A stretch of DNA of 37,995 bases, taken from the IMG/VR virus record IMGVR_UViG_3300011266_000026, one strand, 5' to 3'. Numbering within the stretch: position 1 is the stretch's first letter; the number at the start of each line of letters is the position of its first letter. The translations under genes and the position numbers were made by a program. Of this stretch, positions 31,519 to 37,995 are shown one piece after another. Under the pieces are notes generated by a model, which did not search any database, was not told the origin of the DNA, and saw nothing but the letters and a program-made list of their open reading frames with translations. Source of the DNA: a virus.

Positions 31519-31761
31519 ATGGAAGATAAGATCGATAGAGATAAAGCTCTTCAAGATGCATACAATATATTGCGAATTGGACAACCAGTTCAAATTCGTT
31601 GGCCGGTAATGTTTGCAAGAGGAACTATTATGGACAAATATCTGGAAATTGGAGTAAATAATCGTAAAGAATTGTATATTGATGTTGTCTTGGGAAACGA
31701 TGATATTGTTGAACATTATCTTTGTTATTCTGGATTTTATCCACGATATGATTTATTATGA
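31519..31761 (+). CDS. hypothetical protein (80 aa)
   Basis: ORF track only. Confidence 0.65.
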   Translation: MEDKIDRDKALQDAYNILRIGQPVQIRWPVMFARGTIMDKYLEIGVNNRKELYIDVVLGNDDIVEHYLCYSGFYPRYDLL

Positions 31762-32480
31762 AAATACTTGTTACATCTGGCGGAACTAAAATTCCAATTG
31801 ATCGTGTCCGTGACATAACTAATATGTCAAAGGGAACATTTGGATCGAAAATTGCAACAGAACTTTTGAAGATGAACCATACTGTTGTATTTTTTAAAGC
31901 AAAGGGGTCTGTGACTCCATTTGAAATGAAGATCGATTTGAAAAATGATTATACTACTATTTCCCGCCAACTTCTCGCTCGGCATCAAGAATTAGAATTT
32001 TTCAAGGATAACTATTTGGAATATGAATATTCTACATTTGACCAATATGCCGAAGCATTAAAATTTGTCATAGGAGTAGAACAGCCAGATGTTATTTTAC
32101 TCGCCGCCGCAGTTAGTGATTATGGGGTAGAGAACTTTGTAAATGGAAAAGTTCGTTCTAACGATATGTTTACTATCAAATTAAATCAGCTTCCAAAGCT
32201 TATTTATTATGTGAAGGAATGGGCACCAAATGCAAAATTAGTTGGATTTAAATTGTTGGTAAATAGCAAAACTTCCGAATTAATTTCGGCAGCTAAAAGA
32301 AGTATACAAGACAATAAATGTGATATGATTGTTGCTAATGATTTACAAGAAATTAAGGATAACAATCATATAGTTCATCTTGTATTTCCTAAACAGAATA
32401 CTAAAACATATAAAACAGATCCTAAAGATCCAAATTTTTTGGCTCGAATGGTAGCGGAACATAGCACAAAATTATGCTAG
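31758..32480 (+). CDS. coaB: phosphopantothenate--cysteine ligase (stand-alone CoaB type)
   Basis: MKILVTSGGT..PID.VR.ITN.S.G..G, AAAVSDY, P.LI..VKEW.P...LVGFKL and ANDL are collinear with recalled streptococcal CoaB. Confidence 0.8.
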   Translation: MKILVTSGGTKIPIDRVRDITNMSKGTFGSKIATELLKMNHTVVFFKAKGSVTPFEMKIDLKNDYTTISRQLLARHQELEFFKDNYLEYEYSTFDQYAEALKFVIGVEQPDVILLAAAVSDYGVENFVNGKVRSNDMFTIKLNQLPKLIYYVKEWAPNAKLVGFKLLVNSKTSELISAAKRSIQDNKCDMIVANDLQEIKDNNHIVHLVFPKQNTKTYKTDPKDPNFLARMVAEHSTKLC

Positions 32481-32812
32481 AATTAACTGAAGAACAATGG
32501 AATACTTTATTTGAAGAAGTTGATCACACTGTTTGTAAAGCTATTGACGATTTACCTCCAGAAATTCAGAAAAAAGCGGAAGAAGTGGGATGTGTTGTAG
32601 ATAAATACACTAATAGAGAAGGGTGGAAGTTACTTGGATGTTATATAGCAGGAACAAATGGTCCAATTGTAATTTATATAGGACAAATTTTCGAAGATTG
32701 TCATCAAGAAATAAAAGCAGCTATGGAGTCTGTAAGACAGGTATATTATCATGAATTAGCTCATGCAGTTGGTAACTTGGCGGAATATGAAGTAAAGGAA
32801 CGAGGATTATGA
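32474..32812 (+). CDS. zincin-like metallopeptidase-family protein (DUF1025/Zincin_1-like)
   Basis: LPPEIQKK...LLGCY.G...IVIY...VRQVYYHELAHAVG follows the family layout and ends in HExxH. Confidence 0.65.
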   Translation: MLELTEEQWNTLFEEVDHTVCKAIDDLPPEIQKKAEEVGCVVDKYTNREGWKLLGCYIAGTNGPIVIYIGQIFEDCHQEIKAAMESVRQVYYHELAHAVGNLAEYEVKERGL

Positions 32813-33930
32813 AAATTCTTCTTGGATTAACGGGTAGTGTTGCGACTGTTTTATATCAAAAATTGATTAAAGAACTCAATATTATTGATGAAGTTGAAGT
32901 TATTCTCACCGAAAAAGCTAAACATTTTGTAAACCAAGATTTCCTTAAGGGCGTTAAAGTTTGGACAGATGAAGATGAATGGCAATGGGAACGAGATGAG
33001 GAAGATTTTGATAATAAATGGGAAAAGAATGATAGAGTCCTTCACATTGAATTGCGAGATACTGCAAGTGCATTGGTAATTGCACCATGTTCGGCAAATA
33101 CATTGGCTAAAATTTCCAATGGTATTTGTGACAATTTATTGACTTCTGTTGCTAGAGCTTGGGATAGAAATCGTCCATTCGTCATTGCCCCGGCGATGAA
33201 TACTCACATGTGGGAACACCCAATTACCGTACAGCATTTGAACAGTTTTAGATCGTTTAGTAAAAATAACTATTGGATACGTCCACAAGAAAAGATGCTT
33301 GCATGTAACACACAAGGTATTGGTGCTTTAGCACAGATAGAAGACATTGTTAATTATACCCAAGAAGCATTACAGTGGCATTTTCCATTACATGATTTAT
33401 ATTGTAATATTCCTAAATGTAATGGTATTCCACAACTTGGTCATCCGGGTGCATTTCTTACAAAACGCAAACACCATACTCATACGGGAGTTGATTTATA
33501 CACCGAAGATGGACAATCTGTGTTTGCAGTTGAAGATGGACTTGTAGTTGGAATTGAAAATTTCACAGGGGCCAGTCAAAATAGTCCTTGGTGGGAAGAG
33601 ACTCAATGTATCCTTATCGAAGGAGCCAGTGGAGTTGTATGTTATGGTGAAGTAATACCATTCACCATTAATGTTCAGGTAGGAAAGAATATTTCTAAAG
33701 GAACCATCATAGCCCGAGTAAAACGAGTTCTATCAGAACATAAACATCGTATGGATATTGAAGGTCATAGTACCAGTATGCTTCATATAGAAATTTACAA
33801 GCACGGAACTCGAAAAGCATTTGAAGAAGATCCAAAATTGGGAGCACTGAGCGATTGGAATGTGCTGGTTGATCCAACTCCATTTTTAATGAATGCTCAT
33901 AATCGTCCAGAAAAATTATTAAAGCCGTGA
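32809..33930 (+). CDS. coaC: phosphopantothenoylcysteine decarboxylase (HAL3/PPCDC type) fused to a C-terminal M23/LytM-like domain
   Basis: N-terminal half: GLTGSVA, TDEDEW, VLHIELR, APCSANTLAKISNGICDNLLTSVARAWD, APAMNTHMWEHPIT (as recalled for AtHAL3a and human PPCDC). C-terminal half: HTHTGVDLY...GLVVG...MLHIEIY (HxxxD present; HxH reduced to MLH). Confidence 0.8.
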   Translation: MKILLGLTGSVATVLYQKLIKELNIIDEVEVILTEKAKHFVNQDFLKGVKVWTDEDEWQWERDEEDFDNKWEKNDRVLHIELRDTASALVIAPCSANTLAKISNGICDNLLTSVARAWDRNRPFVIAPAMNTHMWEHPITVQHLNSFRSFSKNNYWIRPQEKMLACNTQGIGALAQIEDIVNYTQEALQWHFPLHDLYCNIPKCNGIPQLGHPGAFLTKRKHHTHTGVDLYTEDGQSVFAVEDGLVVGIENFTGASQNSPWWEETQCILIEGASGVVCYGEVIPFTINVQVGKNISKGTIIARVKRVLSEHKHRMDIEGHSTSMLHIEIYKHGTRKAFEEDPKLGALSDWNVLVDPTPFLMNAHNRPEKLLKP

Positions 33931-33942
33931 TATGTTTTGATT

Positions 33943-34332
33943 ATGAACAGAGTAATTAAATTTAGAATTTGGGATATTAAAAACAAACTTTGGATTACCG
34001 ATTACGAATTAGATAGTATTTCGAGTTGGAGTCAACCACTAAATTCGGTTTTTTCCGATAATAAAAACTGTATTTTCCAACAATTCACCGGTTTAACCGA
34101 CAGAAACGGGAAGGAAATATATGAGGGAGATATTATATTATGTCCAGACTTAAATCCGCCCGAATATAGTAATACATTGAGTGTAGTAGAATATCATGGT
34201 ACCTGCTTTTGTTATAGAGATTTGCAAAACAATAAGATTGAACCAATTTGGGATTTTATTGGTTTGTCTGACGTTGATGGGGATGGAGAGGTAATTGGTA
34301 ATATTTTCGAAAGCTCTCATCTTTTGAAGTAA
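33943..34332 (+). CDS. YopX-family phage protein
   Basis: IKFRIWD...QFTGLTDRNGKEIYEGDII...GNIFE. The track start at 33937 is a TTG, so ATG 33943 was used. Confidence 0.8.
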   Translation: MNRVIKFRIWDIKNKLWITDYELDSISSWSQPLNSVFSDNKNCIFQQFTGLTDRNGKEIYEGDIILCPDLNPPEYSNTLSVVEYHGTCFCYRDLQNNKIEPIWDFIGLSDVDGDGEVIGNIFESSHLLK

Positions 34333-34336
34333 CTTT

Positions 34337-34720
34337 ATGATAATATTCATTAGTGGACATTTAAAAATATCTGAGGAAGAATTTATTGAACATTATGTTT
34401 CAAATATCAATCTTGCTATAATGAACGATTGTTCATTTGTTGTTGGAGATGCCAGAGGAGTGGATACTATGGCACAAACGTATCTATTCCGTATTCTTGG
34501 GGAAGGTTCCCCGAAAGTTACGGTATATCATATGTTTGATAGACCTAGAAATAATGTTGGAAAGTTTAAAACAAAGGGTGGTTATACATCTGATGATGAA
34601 CGCGATGCAGCAATGACACGTGAAAGCCACAAAGATATTGCATGGGTAAGGCCGGGTAAGGAAACGTCAGGAACTGCAAAAAACGTACAAAGAAGAAAAA
34701 ACACTACTATTTATATGTAA
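34337..34720 (+). CDS. SLOG/DUF2493-like protein
   Basis: MIIFISGH...FVVGDARGVDTMAQ resembles the GGARGAD-type Rossmann motif. The assignment is weak. Confidence 0.4.
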   Translation: MIIFISGHLKISEEEFIEHYVSNINLAIMNDCSFVVGDARGVDTMAQTYLFRILGEGSPKVTVYHMFDRPRNNVGKFKTKGGYTSDDERDAAMTRESHKDIAWVRPGKETSGTAKNVQRRKNTTIYM

Positions 34721-34747
34721 TGATATATCGTAGAAATAAGTAAAATT

Positions 34748-35233
34748 ATGAATAATAAAATCCAAGCTATTTTGCTTAAACTTGTTCTTGCATTGCAAAA
34801 AGAACACTGGCAGGTTGCTCCTAATTGGGAATTGACACTTAAAAGTGAAGGACATGCTCCATTAACAAAAAATATTCGTGTTCAGGGAACGCTTGCCGGA
34901 GAAAGTTGGGGAGATGATATTGAAGCAATGATTGATTTGAAACTTGTTTCTACCGATGAAATTACATATTTCCCAGAATATACAACATATGCCCACATGT
35001 ATTTAAAGGGAATTGAAAGTAAAGATATTGCTATCAAATTGGATATAGATGTTGCATTTACTAATCAAGATTTATCTAATCAAAGTAAAATTGATTTAGC
35101 AGCTAAAAAGATTTCTCGGTTCACCGAAGATCATATTGAGAATGAATACAGTGATTATGTTGATCAAAATTCTCAAGCATTATTAGATTATTCAGCCGGA
35201 GAAGGTAAAGCTGATTATGATCCCGAAAGATAA
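34748..35233 (+). CDS. hypothetical protein (161 aa)
   Basis: ORF followed by a terminator. Confidence 0.75.
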   Translation: MNNKIQAILLKLVLALQKEHWQVAPNWELTLKSEGHAPLTKNIRVQGTLAGESWGDDIEAMIDLKLVSTDEITYFPEYTTYAHMYLKGIESKDIAIKLDIDVAFTNQDLSNQSKIDLAAKKISRFTEDHIENEYSDYVDQNSQALLDYSAGEGKADYDPER

Positions 35234-35259
35234 TGTTTAATCCTACATAAGGATCATTA

Positions 35260-35299
35260 TGCTTTCTTATGTCTTTCAGAAAGCATTGTTATTTTCTTT
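35260..35299 (+). terminator. rho-independent terminator
   Basis: TGCTTTCT/AGAAAGCA stem plus a T-rich run. Confidence 0.5.
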
Positions 35300-35318
35300 A
35301 TGAAAGATATTTATAGAT

Positions 35319-36173
35319 ATGAAAGCACTTCGGCTTCTTATCTTAATTGTAGTGTTGCTATCAGGTTTTTACAAACTTCATGCAGCTTCTGAAAGTATTC
35401 CCGAACGTTTAGCCTCTATTAGTGTTACTGTAGATACTCCGAGTAGCATTGGAAGTGGAGTTGCATTCACTCGTAAAGATGCAACAGGAAAAGATATAAC
35501 CTTTATTTGGACTGTAGGACATGTAATATGTTATCATATTGAACCTGACTCTATATTAACCTTGGTAGTTCCATCAAATACAAATGGATTTTATCTTTAT
35601 TATACAAATTTAATTGTTTACCAAAACATTTCTGTTAATGGACAATTCGTATATCAAACAAATGCTCCAGTAAAAATCATTAAATCAAGTCCAAATGAAA
35701 TTGGGCAAGATTTGGCAGTTCTCCAAGTTGAGGGGAAATTTTTTAATAAAAATTCTGTAGTATTTGACTTGTCAGGTAATATTCCAAAACTTGGAGAACC
35801 GTTATATGGGGTAAGTAGTCCATATGGTGAAGATAGATCATTTTCTACAGGAGTTTGTTCAGGTGTTGGTAGGAATATAGATGATTTAATCTTTGATCAG
35901 TCTACATTGATAGTTCATCCGGGTTCTAGTGGAGGAGGAGTGTATTCGACTGATGGAAAATGTATTGGATTGAGTGTAGTTATGAAAGCAGATGGAGTGA
36001 ATTATTTTGTTCCAATTCGTCGTATGCAACAATGGGCTAAAAAAGAAGGTATTGAATGGGCGTTAGATCCTTCAATTCCAATGCCTTCTGAGATGGAATT
36101 AACTACTATGACTATCAATGATAAAACTCCACGATTAGTCGATAGAAATAAAGTTCGTCAAATAAAGTATTAA
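35319..36173 (+). CDS. secreted trypsin-like (S1) serine protease
   Basis: Signal peptide MKALRLLILIVVLLSGFYKLHA. Catalytic-triad contexts are TVGHV, QDLAVLQV and HPGSSGGGV. Confidence 0.8.
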   Translation: MKALRLLILIVVLLSGFYKLHAASESIPERLASISVTVDTPSSIGSGVAFTRKDATGKDITFIWTVGHVICYHIEPDSILTLVVPSNTNGFYLYYTNLIVYQNISVNGQFVYQTNAPVKIIKSSPNEIGQDLAVLQVEGKFFNKNSVVFDLSGNIPKLGEPLYGVSSPYGEDRSFSTGVCSGVGRNIDDLIFDQSTLIVHPGSSGGGVYSTDGKCIGLSVVMKADGVNYFVPIRRMQQWAKKEGIEWALDPSIPMPSEMELTTMTINDKTPRLVDRNKVRQIKY

Positions 36174-36177
36174 TTAC

Positions 36178-36732
36178 CTATTCTATACTGTATAGTTTAG
36201 GATGAATTCCTCCATGAATTTCTCGGTGGCAGTTACTACACACTAAAATACACTTATCTATTTCAAATTTTATTTTTTCAAAATCATATGTAAATCCTCT
36301 ACTAATTTGAAAATCTTTCTTTTTTGGATCTAAATGATGAAATTCTAATGCTCCGACATATTTGCTATATCCACAATAAATACATTTTCCACCCTTATAT
36401 TGTATGGCTTTTTGTTTTAATTCTTTTTGTAGGGAATGTGTTTTTGTATCTTGACATTTTTTACACCAATAATGAAATTGAAATCCAGTATTTGTTTTCT
36501 TAATATAATAATTGTCCGAAACAAGTTCGAGAACCATTTTACAAGATGGACATCGTTTCCATCGTTTACCATTCTGCTCGAATGCAACATTTGGACTTGT
36601 TAAATCTTGTGTATTATGAGTTCCAAACGGAGAACAATTAAGACAAAATTTTCTTTTGTACAGGCTTCGGATCTTTCCATCAATTATCAACTGGTTTGGA
36701 AATTCTTCTTGACATTTTAGACATTTTCGCAT
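36178..36732 (-). CDS. HNH homing-endonuclease-like protein
   Basis: CLKC...CLNC...CPSC...CKKC zinc ribbons and CIYCG...LEFHHLDP...CSNCHREIH. The longer track start at 36819 would overlap the tRNA promoter. Confidence 0.8.
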   Translation of the reverse strand: MRKCLKCQEEFPNQLIIDGKIRSLYKRKFCLNCSPFGTHNTQDLTSPNVAFEQNGKRWKRCPSCKMVLELVSDNYYIKKTNTGFQFHYWCKKCQDTKTHSLQKELKQKAIQYKGGKCIYCGYSKYVGALEFHHLDPKKKDFQISRGFTYDFEKIKFEIDKCILVCSNCHREIHGGIHPKLYSIE

Positions 36733-36804
36733 AAGTCTTAGACTTGTTAATATAAGAACTATGACAATAAATAGTGGAACCAATAAGAAAAAACATTTTT
36801 CTTG

Positions 36805-36833
36805 TTGACATTTTACCAATACTGTGGCATATT
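36805..36833 (+). promoter_or_regulatory. sigma70-type promoter of the tRNA operon (TTGACA-N17-CATATT)
   Basis: TTGACA 36805-36810 and CATATT 36828-36833, 18 nt before the first tRNA-like element. Confidence 0.5.
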
Positions 36834-36851
36834 TATGCTCGTAAGATTAAA

Positions 36852-36923
36852 CGCAGTGCCTTCGGGAAGGATCGAACTCTCATAAGGTTTGATAAATGAG
36901 GTCAGCACTCATCACTGCGACCA
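36852..36923 (+). tRNA. non-canonical tRNA-like element, anticodon CAU (Met/Ile2-type), encoded CCA
   Basis: Acceptor CGCAGTG/CACTGCG, then A and CCA. The anticodon loop is CTCATAA on a 5-7 bp stem. The T-arm is ATGAG-GTCAGCA-CTCAT. The D-arm is reduced to CCTT-CGGG-AAGG with no 8/9 linker. Confidence 0.35.
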
Positions 36924-36981
36924 GATTTATGATTATAATTACTCGACTATTAAAGGTAGAGACATTAAGGGTGTTTGAAAT

Positions 36982-37055
36982 GCAGGTGTGATGTAACGGT
37001 AGCCTGAAACATTGCCAATGTTTACGAGAGGGTTCGACTCCCTTCACCTGCTCCA
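36982..37055 (+). tRNA. tRNA-Gly (GCC), encoded CCA
   Basis: Acceptor GCAGGTG/CACCTGC. Anticodon arm AAACA-TTGCCAA-TGTTT. T-arm GAGGG-TTCGACT-CCCTT. The D-stem has one T:C mismatch. Confidence 0.8.
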
Positions 37056-37260
37056 TATTTTGTAATTTGATCTTTGAAATTTGTATATTCTGACTCCGCA
37101 GTTGCCTATGCTCATGATCAGACTGAAACAGCGTCCAGACGATGATTGAGCGAAGACGGAGAGTGGGTGCAGCTACCACTCGTTAAAAGGCATATTGATA
37201 TACAAAAGTTTTGACTTCCATATTTTTAGTGTTTGGAAGTCTTAACACATACTTATTAGC

Positions 37261-37674
37261 ATGAAGATATGCTATAAGTGTGGAAAACAGAAATCGTTAG
37301 AATGTTTCAGTAAGAATTCGGCAAGAAAAGACGGATTATCTTCTCAGTGCAAAAATTGTCATAAACTGATGCGAAGACATCACTATGAACAAAATACTGA
37401 AAAAATTAAAGCTCAAGTTCGTAAGCAAAAAGATGAATACGAACAATGGTTTAATTCGTTGAAGAACAAACCATGTGTGGATTGTGGAAAAACATTTCCA
37501 CATTATTGCATGGACTTCGATCACTTAACTGACAAAGAGTTTGCATTAGCCAAAGCTAAACGATTGGGTTATAGCAAACAACGAGTTTTGAACGAAATTG
37601 AAAAGTGTGAGTTAATTTGTGCGGTGTGTCATCGCATACGAACGTACAATAGATTACATGCACCATTGGCATAA
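37261..37674 (+). CDS. HNH homing-endonuclease-like protein
   Basis: CYKCG...CKNCH...CVDCG...MDFDHL...CAVCHRIRT. The last 15 nt overlap the next tRNA. Confidence 0.85.
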   Translation: MKICYKCGKQKSLECFSKNSARKDGLSSQCKNCHKLMRRHHYEQNTEKIKAQVRKQKDEYEQWFNSLKNKPCVDCGKTFPHYCMDFDHLTDKEFALAKAKRLGYSKQRVLNEIEKCELICAVCHRIRTYNRLHAPLA

Positions 37675-37733
37675 CGGCTGTGCGTCACCCTTCCAAGGTG
37701 AATAAGTCGGTTCGACCCCGACATGGTGCTCCA
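37660..37733 (+). tRNA. tRNA-Gly (UCC), encoded CCA
   Basis: Acceptor GCACCAT/ATGGTGC. D-arm GCAT-AACGGCT-GTGC. Anticodon arm TCACC-CTTCCAA-GGTGA. T-arm GTCGG-TTCGACC-CCGAC. Confidence 0.9.
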
Positions 37734-37851
37734 ATTTGTTTGTTCAACGGCAGTCCAGTGTTTAAATGACACCAATGGGTGCGTCTCTAAAGAGAACGAC
37801 TGGTGAGAGATTGTAGTCCAACTGAAGGCGAAGACTATAACAAACATGAAT

Positions 37852-37927
37852 GCGGTATTGGTGTTTAATGGCAGCATGAGACTCTTCCAAAGTCAAGGTA
37901 CGGGTTCGACTCCCGTATACCGCTCCA
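37852..37927 (+). tRNA. tRNA-Gly (UCC), second distinct copy, encoded CCA
   Basis: Acceptor GCGGTAT/ATACCGC. Anticodon loop CTTCCAA, with one A:A at the top of the stem. T-arm ACGGG-TTCGACT-CCCGT. Confidence 0.8.
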
Positions 37928-37934
37928 ATTTGAT

Positions 37935-37995
37935 GCCTCTTTAGTACAATAGCAGTACACGGCTTTGGTAAAGCTGAGACGACGGAGCGTAACCG
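37935..37995 (+). tRNA. tRNA-Thr (GGU) candidate, truncated by window end
   Basis: Acceptor 5' GCCTCTT. D-arm GTAC-AATAGCA-GTAC. Anticodon arm CGGCT-TTGGTAA-AGCTG. The visible T-loop start (AGCGTAA) is atypical. Confidence 0.4.

Noticed and set aside
36852-36923. Reading this element as a minus-strand tRNA because of the GTTCGATCC T-loop-like string
   Set aside because: On the minus strand there is no CCA, the anticodon loop would be TTATGAG with an implausible anticodon, and the T-loop-like string falls in the anticodon arm. The plus-strand reading gives U33-CAU-A37, discriminator plus CCA, and a promoter at the right distance.
36880-37179. 99-aa minus-strand ORF, and the 82-aa ORF at 37629-37877
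   Set aside because: Both run antisense across tRNA genes and structured spacers. They are artefacts of stop-poor, GC-richer RNA-gene sequence.
1-37995. Alternative genetic code or stop-codon reassignment
   Set aside because: Standard-code ORFs tile the window densely with tight junctions, and recognisable enzymes (Fcl, CoaB, CoaC, the protease) are full length. There is no sign of in-frame stops that need recoding.

Overview
This is a gene-dense, AT-rich, phage-like segment, most plausibly part of a large virulent tailed-phage genome infecting a diderm host. There is no integrase, no host housekeeping context and no CRISPR array. It has three transcription blocks.
(i) 1-8374, plus strand, visibly GC-richer. 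About 17 short ORFan genes plus a DUF932-like gene are arranged as promoter-gene(s)-terminator cassettes. The cassettes are separated by a repeated composite intergenic element: TTCACCGA boxes, a 24-nt hairpin motif and GATC clusters. Most cassettes have a TTGACA/-10 promoter whose -10 ends only 5-7 nt before the ATG, which is leaderless geometry.
(ii) 8675-20646, mostly minus strand. About 35 small ORFs are rich in CxxC zinc-ribbon and small membrane proteins. The block also holds a GatB/YqeY-domain protein, a metallophosphoesterase, a 3-TM PnuC-half protein and a histone-fold-like protein, and it ends at a complete plus-strand tmRNA gene.
(iii) 20728-36173, plus strand. It opens with a 1525-aa repeat-module giant ORF. 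An auxiliary-gene island follows: GNAT, GDP-L-fucose synthase, small alarmone hydrolase, an outer-membrane beta-barrel moron, CoaB, a zincin-like protein, a eukaryote-type CoaC fused to a degenerate M23 domain, YopX, a SLOG-like protein and a secreted trypsin-like protease.
The window ends in a tRNA operon interleaved with HNH genes. It contains tRNA-Gly-GCC, two different tRNA-Gly-UCC, a truncated tRNA-Thr-GGU candidate and one non-canonical CAU tRNA-like element. The window holds six HNH/GIY-YIG nuclease genes in total.
All functional calls rest on motif recognition by eye; no database search was possible.
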